From the IMG/VR virus record IMGVR_UViG_3300034018_003010: a DNA stretch of 64,000 nucleotides; one strand, 5' to 3'. The stretch comes from a virus. The notes under the pieces were generated by a model that was given only the letters and a program-made list of their open reading frames with translations, did no database searches and had not been told where the DNA came from. A program made the translations under genes and the position numbers. Shown one piece after another: positions 49,601 to 58,216 of this stretch; within the stretch, counting starts at the first letter, position 1; the number at the start of each line of letters is the position of its first letter.

Positions 49601-52446
49601 CTCTTGGACTTGGATTTGTTGGCGGACAAGGATATGGAGGCATGTTTTCCCCAGTTCAAGTAGGAACAGATACAACATGGAAAATGGTTGGATCACTTTA
49701 TGCTGGTGGAATTGCAATCAAACAAGACAATACATTATGGATATGGGGAAATAATAACAATGGTCAGTTAGGACAAGGAAATATCATAAACAGAAGCTCG
49801 CCTGTTCAAGTTGGAACAGGAACAGATTGGGCTTTTGTCCCAAAAACAGCATCGGGAATAACTAGCTCTGCTTTTGCAATTAAAAATGATGGTTCTCTTT
49901 GGGGTTGGGGCGGAAACAACAGTGGGCAATTAGCTCAAAATAACACAGCAGATATAAGCTCTCCTGTTCAAATTACTGGTACATGGAGCAAAGTAACCTA
50001 CAACCGTTCTGTTATAGGACTAAAAACAGATGGAAGCTTATGGGCTTGGGGACATAACTCATATGGCACCATAGGAGATAACACAAAGATACATAGAAGC
50101 TCTCCAGTGCAAACAACTCTTGCAGATACAAACTGGATAAATGTTGTTGGATTTGGTGGAATTAGAGCTACAACCACATCTACTACAACTACATCTACTA
50201 CAAGTACATCTACAACATCCACTACATCAACAACACAGGCTCCTGGTGCGCTATATACATGGGGCTATAGACATCTTGGATCTTCAGGGGATAATAATAA
50301 CACTGTAATATATCAGTCTCCAACACAAATAATTGATGCAAGTCAATACCAAGATTTGCCACCTAACACGAGTGGATACGGATCATGTTTTGCCATAAAA
50401 CCAGATGGAACATTATGGGCTTGGGGATTGAACTCTTATTATGGAGCACTTGGAGATGGAACATTAGAAAATAGATCTTCACCTATTCAAATCACCTCAA
50501 ATACATGGAATATGGTATCTTCAAGTTCGCTTGCAACTCTTGCTATAAAATCTGATAATACATTGTGGGGATGGGGAGGCGGAGCATTCCTGCCCAACAA
50601 TTCTAATACTAGCTATAGCTCTCCCATACAAATTGGAACAGATACATGGAGATATGTTAATACTGGAGGACAAACCGGGGCAGGAATAAAAACAGATGGT
50701 ACTTTGTGGCTTTGGGGAGGCAATCAGAATGGACAACTTGGCAATAATCAGGTATCATATAATACGCAAAGTTCTCCAACACAAACAGTTGCTGGAGGAA
50801 ATAATTGGATTTTTGTTAATGTTAGTGGCGATGGGGTTGTTCATGCCATAAAATCTGATACAAATTTATGGGCTTGGGGGAATAATTCTTGGGGGCAAAT
50901 TGGAAACAATACTAGTTATGTAAGTTATTCAAGTCCTATACAAATAGGAGCATCTGGTTGGGCTTATGTAAGCTCAACCAAATATCATGTACTTGCTGTA
51001 AAAACCAATGGCACATTATGGGCATGGGGTTATAATGCCTATGGAATTTTAGGTTTAAATACAGATACTCCTTATTCAGGGGTTAGCTCTCCTATCCAAG
51101 TAGGAACAGACACAAATTGGAAAAAGTCTACTGCTCTAGACTATTCATCCGCAGCAACAAAAACGGATGGCACATTATGGGCATGGGGTTCAAATTATTA
51201 TAACCAAACTGGAAACCCATATGCAGGATACGCACTTTCATCTCCAATACAAACATTAGCAAATGATAATTTATGGATTGATATATCTGGTAATAGTTAT
51301 GGAGTTTATGCAACTAGAAGTGCTGGATATGTAGCTACTACACCTTCGCCTACGACTAGCACTACTACAACGACTCCACAACCAGGAAGTTTATTAGGAA
51401 TGGGAGTTAATTCTTATGGTCAAATTGGGAATAACACAACAAATTCACAATCTTTCCCAACACAAGAAATTACAAATTCATCATGGTCAAAATTACCAAG
51501 TGGCAGCTATCTTTATTCCGCTTATGTAGGCATGGGCGGAATAAAAACAGATGGCACTCTTTGGACATGGGGATATATTTGGGATTCTGGTTCTATTGTT
51601 CACAGGTCTTCTCCTGTACAAATAAGTACAGGTGGAACATGGACAGATTTTTCAATATCTGGTTATTCAGTTAATGCTGTTAAGTCTAATGGAACATTGT
51701 GGGCGTGGGGACAATTACCAGGAAACAGTAATAACTCTAGCCCAACACAAATTGGAACAGACACAGACTGGAAATATGTGTTTAGAAATTCATATGTTTC
51801 TGCTGCAATTAAAAATGATGATACTGCATATTTATGGGGATCCGATATATCTTATGGATTATTTGGTGACAATACAGCAACTAATTCATCTAAATTAATA
51901 CCGACACAAACAATAACTGGTTCTTGGAAGATGATTGTTGGTGGCAATGCTATGTTTGGAATAAAAACAGATGGAACATTATGGTCTTGGGGATACAATG
52001 CCTATGGACGACTTGGATTAAATGATACAATAAACAGAAGTTCTCCAACACAAATAAGCGGGTCTTATACATATGTTTCATCAGATGGATATAGTGTATA
52101 TATGGCTGTAAAATCTGATGGAACATTATGGGGATGGGGCAACGGACAATCTATAATAAATGCTATAGCTTTCAATGGTGGTTTCTATCAATATCAAGGT
52201 TATAGTTCTCCAATTCAACTATTTTCATCAACAGGATGGACCAAAGTACTTGGTTTTAATGATAGTTCAATTGCTTTGAAATCAGATGGAACAGCATGGA
52301 CATGGGGATATAATAGGTATGGACTGGCTGGAAATGGCAAGATAGTTCCATTCTACGCATCTACATATAGTCCTGTGCAGGTAAACTATACCGGCTGGTC
52401 AGATATTTACTCCAATAGAGATACAAACTTTGGATTGTTTAATTGA
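46603..52446 (+). CDS. giant virion-surface protein (1947 aa), paralog of 33582..42767: YPQI module, Ig, poly-Thr, cupredoxin-like domain, 3 RCC1 propellers
   Basis: Collinear N-terminal similarity (GEYPQI.FRV.P.F.NLYNYPLPGTDR); HPIAF...YACLNHGYMGG; RCC1 repeats. Confidence 0.85.
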   Translation: MTGEYPQITFRVKPVFTNLYNYPLPGTDRVQTWYQLEDGAIWVDYVPYRLRSGNSFNLYGAQALDVYTRYILKTIPGDRILEFDYFGKVIDNSSNLVILNDVLPTGAAFVPYSKILQTQNTSQPLEWKITSGKLPLGMYLDSSTGELYGTPLVSGMYPFTISLTDSSIPPIYDSRPYLLRIASSSTTTVPTQIQQNGVQTALPGGVVAVGSAGDVLTYTTNYTVGNTTTTTVTILGNLALTLTHSDSYNGQTFTYVHQGITYIGTFGAANVFGVVTTTTTPAPTVFVITSTGTPLSAPGNLTVTGIATNTLTYTAINTTTGSTCTTTASISGINVLTISNDVIYSGQQFSFNYFGTIYTGTFCINNTFLPTTTTSTTTPNPLFTTTTTTTTTTTSTTTTTTTTTTTTTASPATTTSTTTASPVTTTTTTTIVPVTTTTTTTIVPVTTTTTTTTIVPVTTTTTTTIVPVTTTTSTTSAPTTSTTSAPTTTTTIAPTTTTTSAPTTSTTTSAPTTSTTTSAPTTTSSTTSTTTTPIPSCLSSTQSVIVINWSGQNTYVFGGTIGFFGVNTGVYQFTSVPSTHPIAFLNNSIGNVSYTGTVLAGSGIAPDGNTYNFYSGTVTLTVTGSFGRLSYACLNHGYMGGQDNITFTTYCVSPTTTTTTTPVPTTTTTTTTPSPTTTTTTTTTTTTTTTTPAPTTTTTTTTTTSTTTTSTTTTPAPTTTTTSTTTTTTTTTTPAPTTTSTTTSTTTTSAPTTTTTTTTTSTTTTTTTTTTPAPTTTTTTTTTTTTTTPAPTTTTTTTTTTTTTPAPTTTTTTTTTTSTSTTTTTTDVPSGSLYLMGLNGSGQIGDGTAISRSIPTQVLGSGAWKILGDNGYSTSVFNAGIKNDNTLWLWGNGNYIAQNSNVGNKSSPVQIYGGGTWTDVAQTYRTGAAVKSDGTLWTWGDNYWGAIGRYGLAYNSFIYSPVQTTLGGSTWSKVAGGYGQVFAIKTDGTLWAWGANGGGTLGLGFVGGQGYGGMFSPVQVGTDTTWKMVGSLYAGGIAIKQDNTLWIWGNNNNGQLGQGNIINRSSPVQVGTGTDWAFVPKTASGITSSAFAIKNDGSLWGWGGNNSGQLAQNNTADISSPVQITGTWSKVTYNRSVIGLKTDGSLWAWGHNSYGTIGDNTKIHRSSPVQTTLADTNWINVVGFGGIRATTTSTTTTSTTSTSTTSTTSTTQAPGALYTWGYRHLGSSGDNNNTVIYQSPTQIIDASQYQDLPPNTSGYGSCFAIKPDGTLWAWGLNSYYGALGDGTLENRSSPIQITSNTWNMVSSSSLATLAIKSDNTLWGWGGGAFLPNNSNTSYSSPIQIGTDTWRYVNTGGQTGAGIKTDGTLWLWGGNQNGQLGNNQVSYNTQSSPTQTVAGGNNWIFVNVSGDGVVHAIKSDTNLWAWGNNSWGQIGNNTSYVSYSSPIQIGASGWAYVSSTKYHVLAVKTNGTLWAWGYNAYGILGLNTDTPYSGVSSPIQVGTDTNWKKSTALDYSSAATKTDGTLWAWGSNYYNQTGNPYAGYALSSPIQTLANDNLWIDISGNSYGVYATRSAGYVATTPSPTTSTTTTTPQPGSLLGMGVNSYGQIGNNTTNSQSFPTQEITNSSWSKLPSGSYLYSAYVGMGGIKTDGTLWTWGYIWDSGSIVHRSSPVQISTGGTWTDFSISGYSVNAVKSNGTLWAWGQLPGNSNNSSPTQIGTDTDWKYVFRNSYVSAAIKNDDTAYLWGSDISYGLFGDNTATNSSKLIPTQTITGSWKMIVGGNAMFGIKTDGTLWSWGYNAYGRLGLNDTINRSSPTQISGSYTYVSSDGYSVYMAVKSDGTLWGWGNGQSIINAIAFNGGFYQYQGYSSPIQLFSSTGWTKVLGFNDSSIALKSDGTAWTWGYNRYGLAGNGKIVPFYASTYSPVQVNYTGWSDIYSNRDTNFGLFN
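47710..49080 (+). repeat. two long ACN-codon (poly-Thr/Pro) low-complexity tracts flanking the cupredoxin-like domain
   Basis: ACA/ACT/ACC runs at about 47710-48200 and 48563-49080. Confidence 0.9.
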
Positions 52447-52498
52447 TATTAAACTAAAACTGAAGTCCGTTGTTTTCTTGGCTCAAGGATCAAAATCT

Positions 52499-52533
52499 AA
52501 AAACCTCTAGAGATAGTTCTCTGGGGGTTTTTT
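52499..52533 (+). terminator. rho-independent terminator
   Basis: AAAAACCTCTAGAGA-TAGT-TCTCTGGGGGTTTTTT stem with G-U pairs and a T tail. Confidence 0.7.
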
Positions 52534-52553
52534 GCTTAAAGCATATATATTTT

Positions 52554-52826
52554 ATGTCAAATTCATATCCACAAATTACATTTTTAGTAGACCCAGATAT
52601 TTCTGAAATTGATTCTTATTCAATGCCAGATGTGAATAGAGAAAATCTTGTTTATCAATTAAATTCAAAGATATATTGGATTGAAAATTTTTCTTATAGT
52701 GTAAAAAAAGGAGATTCTTTTACATTGTATGGAGAAGAAGCACTAAGAGTTTATAAAAATTATATACAAAACAATACAAATGGAAATATTTTAAAAGTAA
52801 CATATTATGGTGTTCCAGAAATTTAA
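52554..52826 (+). CDS. stand-alone YPQI module protein (90 aa)
   Basis: MSNSYPQITF...YQL....WI....Y..K.GD.FTLYG.EAL.VY..YI......L...YYG aligns to the N-termini of three giant neighbours. ATG 52554 preferred because TTG 52470 lies upstream of the terminator. Confidence 0.8.
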   Translation: MSNSYPQITFLVDPDISEIDSYSMPDVNRENLVYQLNSKIYWIENFSYSVKKGDSFTLYGEEALRVYKNYIQNNTNGNILKVTYYGVPEI

Positions 52827-52880
52827 AGTTCTAATCAGCTATTAATTAACTCAATCTTGTTAAAAATTTTACTTCTTGTC

Positions 52881-52888
52881 GATAAATA
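52881..52888 (+). promoter_or_regulatory. late promoter-like GATAAATA, 5 nt before ATG
   Basis: TAAATA at 52883-52888, then AAATT-ATG; no SD. Confidence 0.6.
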
Positions 52889-52893
52889 AAATT

Positions 52894-55800
52894 ATGGCAC
52901 AAGATTATCCACAAATAACATTCGTTGTAAACAATGTAAATATGCAGGAAATTTTAAAATATCCTCCTGTAGATCAAAATTATGACAATGTCATAAATCT
53001 ATTAAAACAAACTACATTTTGGATTTTATATGTTCCATATGAATTAAGACATGAAGATTGCTTTACACTTTATGGAAAAGAAGCTTTAGAAGTTCAAAAA
53101 ATTTATATAACAGACGTACAAGAAAACCTAAGAAAACTTGAAATAGGTTACTATGGCATACCAACAACTGATTGCACATGCAAATGCTTAATACAAACAG
53201 ATCCAGCAAGCATAAATATTCAGCAGGTTGGCACCTCTTTATCGGTAGCAATGTCAGCTACTGGTGGCAAATCTCCTTATACATATTCTCTTGATTCTGG
53301 AGTTTTTCCTCCTGGTGTAACCATTTCTTCAACTGGAGTTATAAGTGGAACACCGACTGCTTCAGGGTCTTACGAATTTTCTATTTTAGTAAGTGATGGA
53401 ATTAACAGCGCAATAAAAACTTATAGAATAAAAGTAAAACCTCTAATCGCATTTGCACCCGCATCATTGCCAGCAACAACTCAATCTATTGCTTATAATC
53501 AAACAGTTACAGCATCTGGCGGACTTGCTCCATATGCATACAGTATTATTTCAGGATCATTGCCAACTGGATTGAGTCTAAATTCAGCAACTGGAGCCAT
53601 TACTGGAACTCCTACAACTCCAGGAACTTATAATTTCACTATAGAAGCAACCGATGGAAACAGTGATATAGGTAGCAAAGCATATACAGTAACAATAAAT
53701 AATCCTGTATTAATATCTACAGCAACACTGCCAGACACAACGGAAGGGGAAGTATATAGCCAAACTGTTTCTTCAACAGGAGGAACAGGAGCTGTAACAT
53801 TCTCCGTTTCTTCTGGTTCTTTGCCAACAGGACTAAGCCTAAATGCTGCAACAGGAGTAATAAGCGGAACTGTTACTGTAGCCGGAACTTATAATTTCAC
53901 AATAACAGGAACTGATACAGTAGGAGCAACAGGAAACAAAGCCTACTCTGTTGTTATAAATCCACCAGTAGCGGTTACTCCCTCAACTTTACCAGACACA
54001 ACAATAACAATACCATATTCACAAACAGTAACTGCGACTGGCGGCACAGGCACAAAGACATATGCAGTAACATTTGGATCTTTACCAACAGGACTAAGCT
54101 TAAATACCGCTACCGGACTAGTAAGCGGAACTCCAATTACTGCAGGTCTTTACAATTTTGCCATAACAGCAACCGACACAGTAGGAGCAACGGGAAATAC
54201 TATTTATAATGTAAATATTAATCCTGCCATAACATTAGCTCCAGCAACTCTACCAGCAACAACAGAAAATGTAGCTTATAGCCAAACTGTCACAGCATCT
54301 AACGGAACTGGAACAAAGACATATACATTATCTTCTGGTTCTTTGCCAACAGGACTAAGCTTAAACGCCGCAACAGGTGTTATAAGTGGCACACCTACTG
54401 CTGCTGGAAGCTATACTTTTGATATAACAGCAACAGATACTGTGGGGGCAACAGGAACAATAACTTACACAACAACAATAAATGCAGCCATGACTATGGC
54501 TCCAGCTTCTTTGCCAACAACAACACAAGGAGTTGCTTATAACCAAACTGTTACAGCATCTAATGGCACAGGAGCAAAGACATATACTGTAACCTCTGGA
54601 AGCTTACCAACAGGACTAAGCCTAAATGCTTCAAGCGGTGCAATAACAGGAACTGCAACTGCTGCTGCTACTTACAACTTTACAATTACAGCCACAGATA
54701 CTGTAGGCGCAACTGTAAGTCAGCCATACACAGTATTAGTAAATGTTCCACTTTCAATATCTCCTGCAACTCTACCAGATACAACAATAAATGTTGCTTA
54801 CAGCCAAACAATAACAGGAACAGGTGGAACTGCTCCTCTTGCTTATTCAGTATCTGCTGGTTCTTTGCCAGCAGGATTAAGTATAAATGCCACAACGGGG
54901 GCAATAACTGGAACTCCAACTGCAACAGGCGCTTCGAGTTTCACAATTACTGTAACAGACGCAAATGGTGCGACAGCAAGCCAAGCATATACAGTAACAA
55001 TTAATGCTGCAGTTACAGTATCTCCAGCAACTCTACCAGATACAACAATAAATGTTGCATACAGTCAAACAGTATCCGCTTCTAATGGAACAGGAGCTAA
55101 GACATTCTCAGTAACTTCTGGTTCTCTACCAACAGGATTAAGCTTAAACGGTGCATCTGGTGTTATAAGTGGAACACCAACGGCTACAGGAACATCTAAT
55201 TTCACAATTACAGCTACAGATACAGTAGGAGCAACAGGAAGTCAAGCTTATACCGTTGTTATAAACCCAGCAGTTTCAATTACAACTGCAACTCTACCAG
55301 ATACAACAATAAATGTTGCTTACAACCAAACCGTTGCTGCAACAGGTGGTACAGGAGCAAAGACATTCTCAGTAACTTCTGGAAGCTTACCAACAGGATT
55401 AACCTTAACAGGCGCCTCTGGTGTTATAAGCGGAACTTCTACTGCTGCAGCAACATACAACTTCACAGTCACAGCTACCGATACAGTAGGAGCAACAGGA
55501 AGCCAAGCCTATAGCGTTGTTGTAAGCGGAGCTCTTTCAATATCTCCTGCAACATTACCAGACACAACAATAAATACTGCTTACAGTCAGACAATAACAG
55601 CATCAGGTGGAACAGCTCCTATTACTTATTCTGTTTCTGCTGGTTCATTGCCAACTGGCTTAAGCCTAGATGCCAATACTGGTGTAATAAGCGGAACTCC
55701 AACAAGTGCTGCGACATCAAACTTTACAATTACAGCTACAGATGCTTCTTTGGCAACAGCAAGCCAAGCTTACTCAGTCACAATAAACCCAGCTATTTCT

Positions 55801-57468
55801 GTATCGCCAGCAACACTACCAGACACAACAATAAATGTTGCCTACTCACAGACAGTAACAGCCTCCAATGGTACTGGAGCCAAGACATACTCTGTAACAT
55901 CTGGTTCTCTACCAACAGGATTAAGCCTAACAGGAGCTTCTGGTGTTATAAGCGGAACTCCAACTGCTACAGGAACATCAAACTTCACAATCACAGCTAC
56001 CGATACCGTTGGAGCAACAGGAAGCCAAGCTTACTCAGTCACTATTAATAGTGCTGTTTCAATTACAACAGCTACTTTGCCAGACACAACAATAAACACG
56101 GCTTATTCTCAAACTGTTTCTGCAACAGGAGGAACTGGAGCCAAGACATTCTCCGTAACTTCTGGTTCTCTACCAACAGGATTAAGCCTAACAGGAGCTT
56201 CTGGCGTTATAAGTGGCACACCAACAAGTGCTGCAACATACAACTTCACAATAACAGCTACCGATACCGTTGGAGCAACAGCAAACCAAGCTTACACAGT
56301 TGTTATAAATTCAGCAGTTTCAATTACAACAGCAACACTTCCAAATCCCGTTGTTGGAACTGCCTATAACGAAACTGTTGCTGCAACAGGAGGAACTGGG
56401 GCTAAGACATTCTCTGTTACTGTTGGATCTTTGCCAGCAGGATTAAGCCTAGCAGGAGCATCTGGTGTTATAAGTGGAACTCCTACAACTACAGGAGCCG
56501 TTTCTTTCACAATTACAGCTACCGATACCGTTGGAGCTACAGGCAGCCAAGCTTACACAGTAACAGTACAAGCAGCAGCAACAACAACTACCACACCCGC
56601 ACCTACTACCACAACTACTACCACAACTACTACTACAACCACGCCTACACCCACAACAACTACTACCACAACCACACCTGTTCCAACCACAACAACTACC
56701 ACACCCGCACCTACAACCACAACAACTACCACACCCGCACCTACAACCACAACAACTACCACACCCGCACCTACAACCACAACAACTACCACACCCGCAC
56801 CTACAACAACTACAACCACACCAGTTCCAACTACCACAACAACAACTCCCGCACCTACAACAACTACAACCACACCAGTTCCAACTACCACAACAACTAC
56901 AACAACCACGACAACTACACCTGCTCCTAGCTGCATAGTTGTAGACACAGGTAACACAAGCGATATGACTCACGCACAGCTTGCAAGCCCTGCAGATGGT
57001 ATCTCTTACAGCAATAACTCTGTTGCAGGAACAACCACTACAACAACACCCGTTCCAACAACTACAACAACAACTACACCGGCTGGTGGGGCAACACCAA
57101 TAAGTGGTGGAGCAGGTTGCTTGACAGCGACAGATATGAATTCAATTGGTATAGCAAATAAATATTTAATATCTATAGATGATACAAATCAATACTGGTA
57201 TAATATTAATGTATCCAAAGCTGTTTGGTCTGTTAAAAAAATATACATAAATACAACAGATACAATAAATCTAGGATGGATCGGCAACGACAGTTGTACA
57301 GATCAAAATGACTATTATGGTACAAATACTTGGTCTAGCGGAGTAGAAATTGCAACTATGCCTTGGACAATTGATGATCCATTGTCTAACAATGGAACAT
57401 TTAAAATTTGGATAATGTTACCATCAGGTGCTAGCGCAGCTTCTTATGAACTTTGGATAGACGATTAA
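52894..57468 (+). CDS. virion-surface protein: YPQI module, 13 putative Ig (He_PIG-like) repeats, Thr/Pro tract, C-terminal domain
   Basis: 87-aa repeats LPDTT..AYSQT..A.GG....SV.SGSLPTGLSL...G.ISGTPT....FTITATD. Start ATG 52894 by paralog alignment. Confidence 0.88.
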   Translation: MAQDYPQITFVVNNVNMQEILKYPPVDQNYDNVINLLKQTTFWILYVPYELRHEDCFTLYGKEALEVQKIYITDVQENLRKLEIGYYGIPTTDCTCKCLIQTDPASINIQQVGTSLSVAMSATGGKSPYTYSLDSGVFPPGVTISSTGVISGTPTASGSYEFSILVSDGINSAIKTYRIKVKPLIAFAPASLPATTQSIAYNQTVTASGGLAPYAYSIISGSLPTGLSLNSATGAITGTPTTPGTYNFTIEATDGNSDIGSKAYTVTINNPVLISTATLPDTTEGEVYSQTVSSTGGTGAVTFSVSSGSLPTGLSLNAATGVISGTVTVAGTYNFTITGTDTVGATGNKAYSVVINPPVAVTPSTLPDTTITIPYSQTVTATGGTGTKTYAVTFGSLPTGLSLNTATGLVSGTPITAGLYNFAITATDTVGATGNTIYNVNINPAITLAPATLPATTENVAYSQTVTASNGTGTKTYTLSSGSLPTGLSLNAATGVISGTPTAAGSYTFDITATDTVGATGTITYTTTINAAMTMAPASLPTTTQGVAYNQTVTASNGTGAKTYTVTSGSLPTGLSLNASSGAITGTATAAATYNFTITATDTVGATVSQPYTVLVNVPLSISPATLPDTTINVAYSQTITGTGGTAPLAYSVSAGSLPAGLSINATTGAITGTPTATGASSFTITVTDANGATASQAYTVTINAAVTVSPATLPDTTINVAYSQTVSASNGTGAKTFSVTSGSLPTGLSLNGASGVISGTPTATGTSNFTITATDTVGATGSQAYTVVINPAVSITTATLPDTTINVAYNQTVAATGGTGAKTFSVTSGSLPTGLTLTGASGVISGTSTAAATYNFTVTATDTVGATGSQAYSVVVSGALSISPATLPDTTINTAYSQTITASGGTAPITYSVSAGSLPTGLSLDANTGVISGTPTSAATSNFTITATDASLATASQAYSVTINPAISVSPATLPDTTINVAYSQTVTASNGTGAKTYSVTSGSLPTGLSLTGASGVISGTPTATGTSNFTITATDTVGATGSQAYSVTINSAVSITTATLPDTTINTAYSQTVSATGGTGAKTFSVTSGSLPTGLSLTGASGVISGTPTSAATYNFTITATDTVGATANQAYTVVINSAVSITTATLPNPVVGTAYNETVAATGGTGAKTFSVTVGSLPAGLSLAGASGVISGTPTTTGAVSFTITATDTVGATGSQAYTVTVQAAATTTTTPAPTTTTTTTTTTTTTPTPTTTTTTTTPVPTTTTTTPAPTTTTTTTPAPTTTTTTTPAPTTTTTTTPAPTTTTTTPVPTTTTTTPAPTTTTTTPVPTTTTTTTTTTTTPAPSCIVVDTGNTSDMTHAQLASPADGISYSNNSVAGTTTTTTPVPTTTTTTTPAGGATPISGGAGCLTATDMNSIGIANKYLISIDDTNQYWYNINVSKAVWSVKKIYINTTDTINLGWIGNDSCTDQNDYYGTNTWSSGVEIATMPWTIDDPLSNNGTFKIWIMLPSGASAASYELWIDD
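56580..56925 (+). repeat. Thr/Pro tract with 30-bp tandem repeat (PAPTTTTTTT)
   Basis: ACACCCGCACCTACAACCACAACAACTACC units at 56701, 56731, 56761 and a partial copy at 56791. Confidence 0.9.
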
Positions 57469-57479
57469 AGGAAAAAATT

Positions 57480-58163
57480 ATGGCACAACCAACAATTTAT
57501 GCTAATATAGACTGTGATGGACAAGTAGAAGTCAAAGTAAATAATGACACCGGCTATCCTTGCACCATTATAACAAATACAGGCGTAAATGAATCTATTC
57601 CAAGCACCGGAACTGATGTTTATAGAAATTATAATTTAACAAGCTCAGATTGGGTAAAAGTTGTTGCTGCTCAAGACGCAACTATTGCTGCTAATAAATT
57701 AACTGGAACAATTAAATATATTACTTCTGTAACTACCACTCCTGCTCCGACTACAACCACAACAACTACAACACCGCCTGCAGGAAATGCATTGCCAGCA
57801 GGCGGAGCAGATTGCGACAATAATACAAATTGGCCATCCTCAGATAATACAAAATACCAAGTAACATTCCCAGATACGACTACCGAGTGGACTTATTACT
57901 ATGCTGGTGTAGATACTAAAAAACTATATATGTCGGTTGTAGGAGATCCAACTACTCCAATTTCCACTGGCACAGACAGTGTAAAAGTATGTAGATGTTC
58001 CGATGGAACCTTCCCATGCTTTTTTGATGCTTGCAGTTCGCCAAATGGACCTAGTCTTTTGAGCGGATTCGATATGAGTGCAGCAACTTCAGGAAAATTC
58101 TCAATTCAAGCTAATAATGCCGCACTTACTGGAATAGCATTTGATATTTGGATTGACAATTAA
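57480..58163 (+). CDS. hypothetical virion protein resembling the C-terminus of the upstream Ig protein
   Basis: AAGGA RBS before ATG 57480; TTTTPPAG..LPAGGADC...FDIWIDN versus TTTTPAGG..ISGGAGC...YELWIDD. Confidence 0.7.
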   Translation: MAQPTIYANIDCDGQVEVKVNNDTGYPCTIITNTGVNESIPSTGTDVYRNYNLTSSDWVKVVAAQDATIAANKLTGTIKYITSVTTTPAPTTTTTTTTPPAGNALPAGGADCDNNTNWPSSDNTKYQVTFPDTTTEWTYYYAGVDTKKLYMSVVGDPTTPISTGTDSVKVCRCSDGTFPCFFDACSSPNGPSLLSGFDMSAATSGKFSIQANNAALTGIAFDIWIDN

Positions 58164-58205
58164 ACAAAAAAAGCCCCGTTTAATAACGGGGCTTTTTTTG
58201 TTTAA
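58160..58205. terminator. bidirectional rho-independent terminator
   Basis: TTAAACAAAAAAAGCCCCGTT-TAAT-AACGGGGCTTTTTTTGTTTAA between convergent genes. Confidence 0.92.
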
Positions 58206-58216
58206 ACTTTTAAACT

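Noticed and set aside
35447-56973. Antisense poly-Val or Cys-rich ORFs and alternative-frame Gln/Leu- or Asn/His-rich ORFs
   Set aside because: Shadow frames of ACN (Thr) codon runs, which lack stops in other frames; no independent coding signal.
12193-58163. Diversity-generating retroelement or invertase shufflon behind adhesin diversity
   Set aside because: No reverse transcriptase or recombinase in the window, no repeat pair with adenine-specific differences noticed, and all cassettes are on one strand. A trans-acting element elsewhere cannot be excluded.
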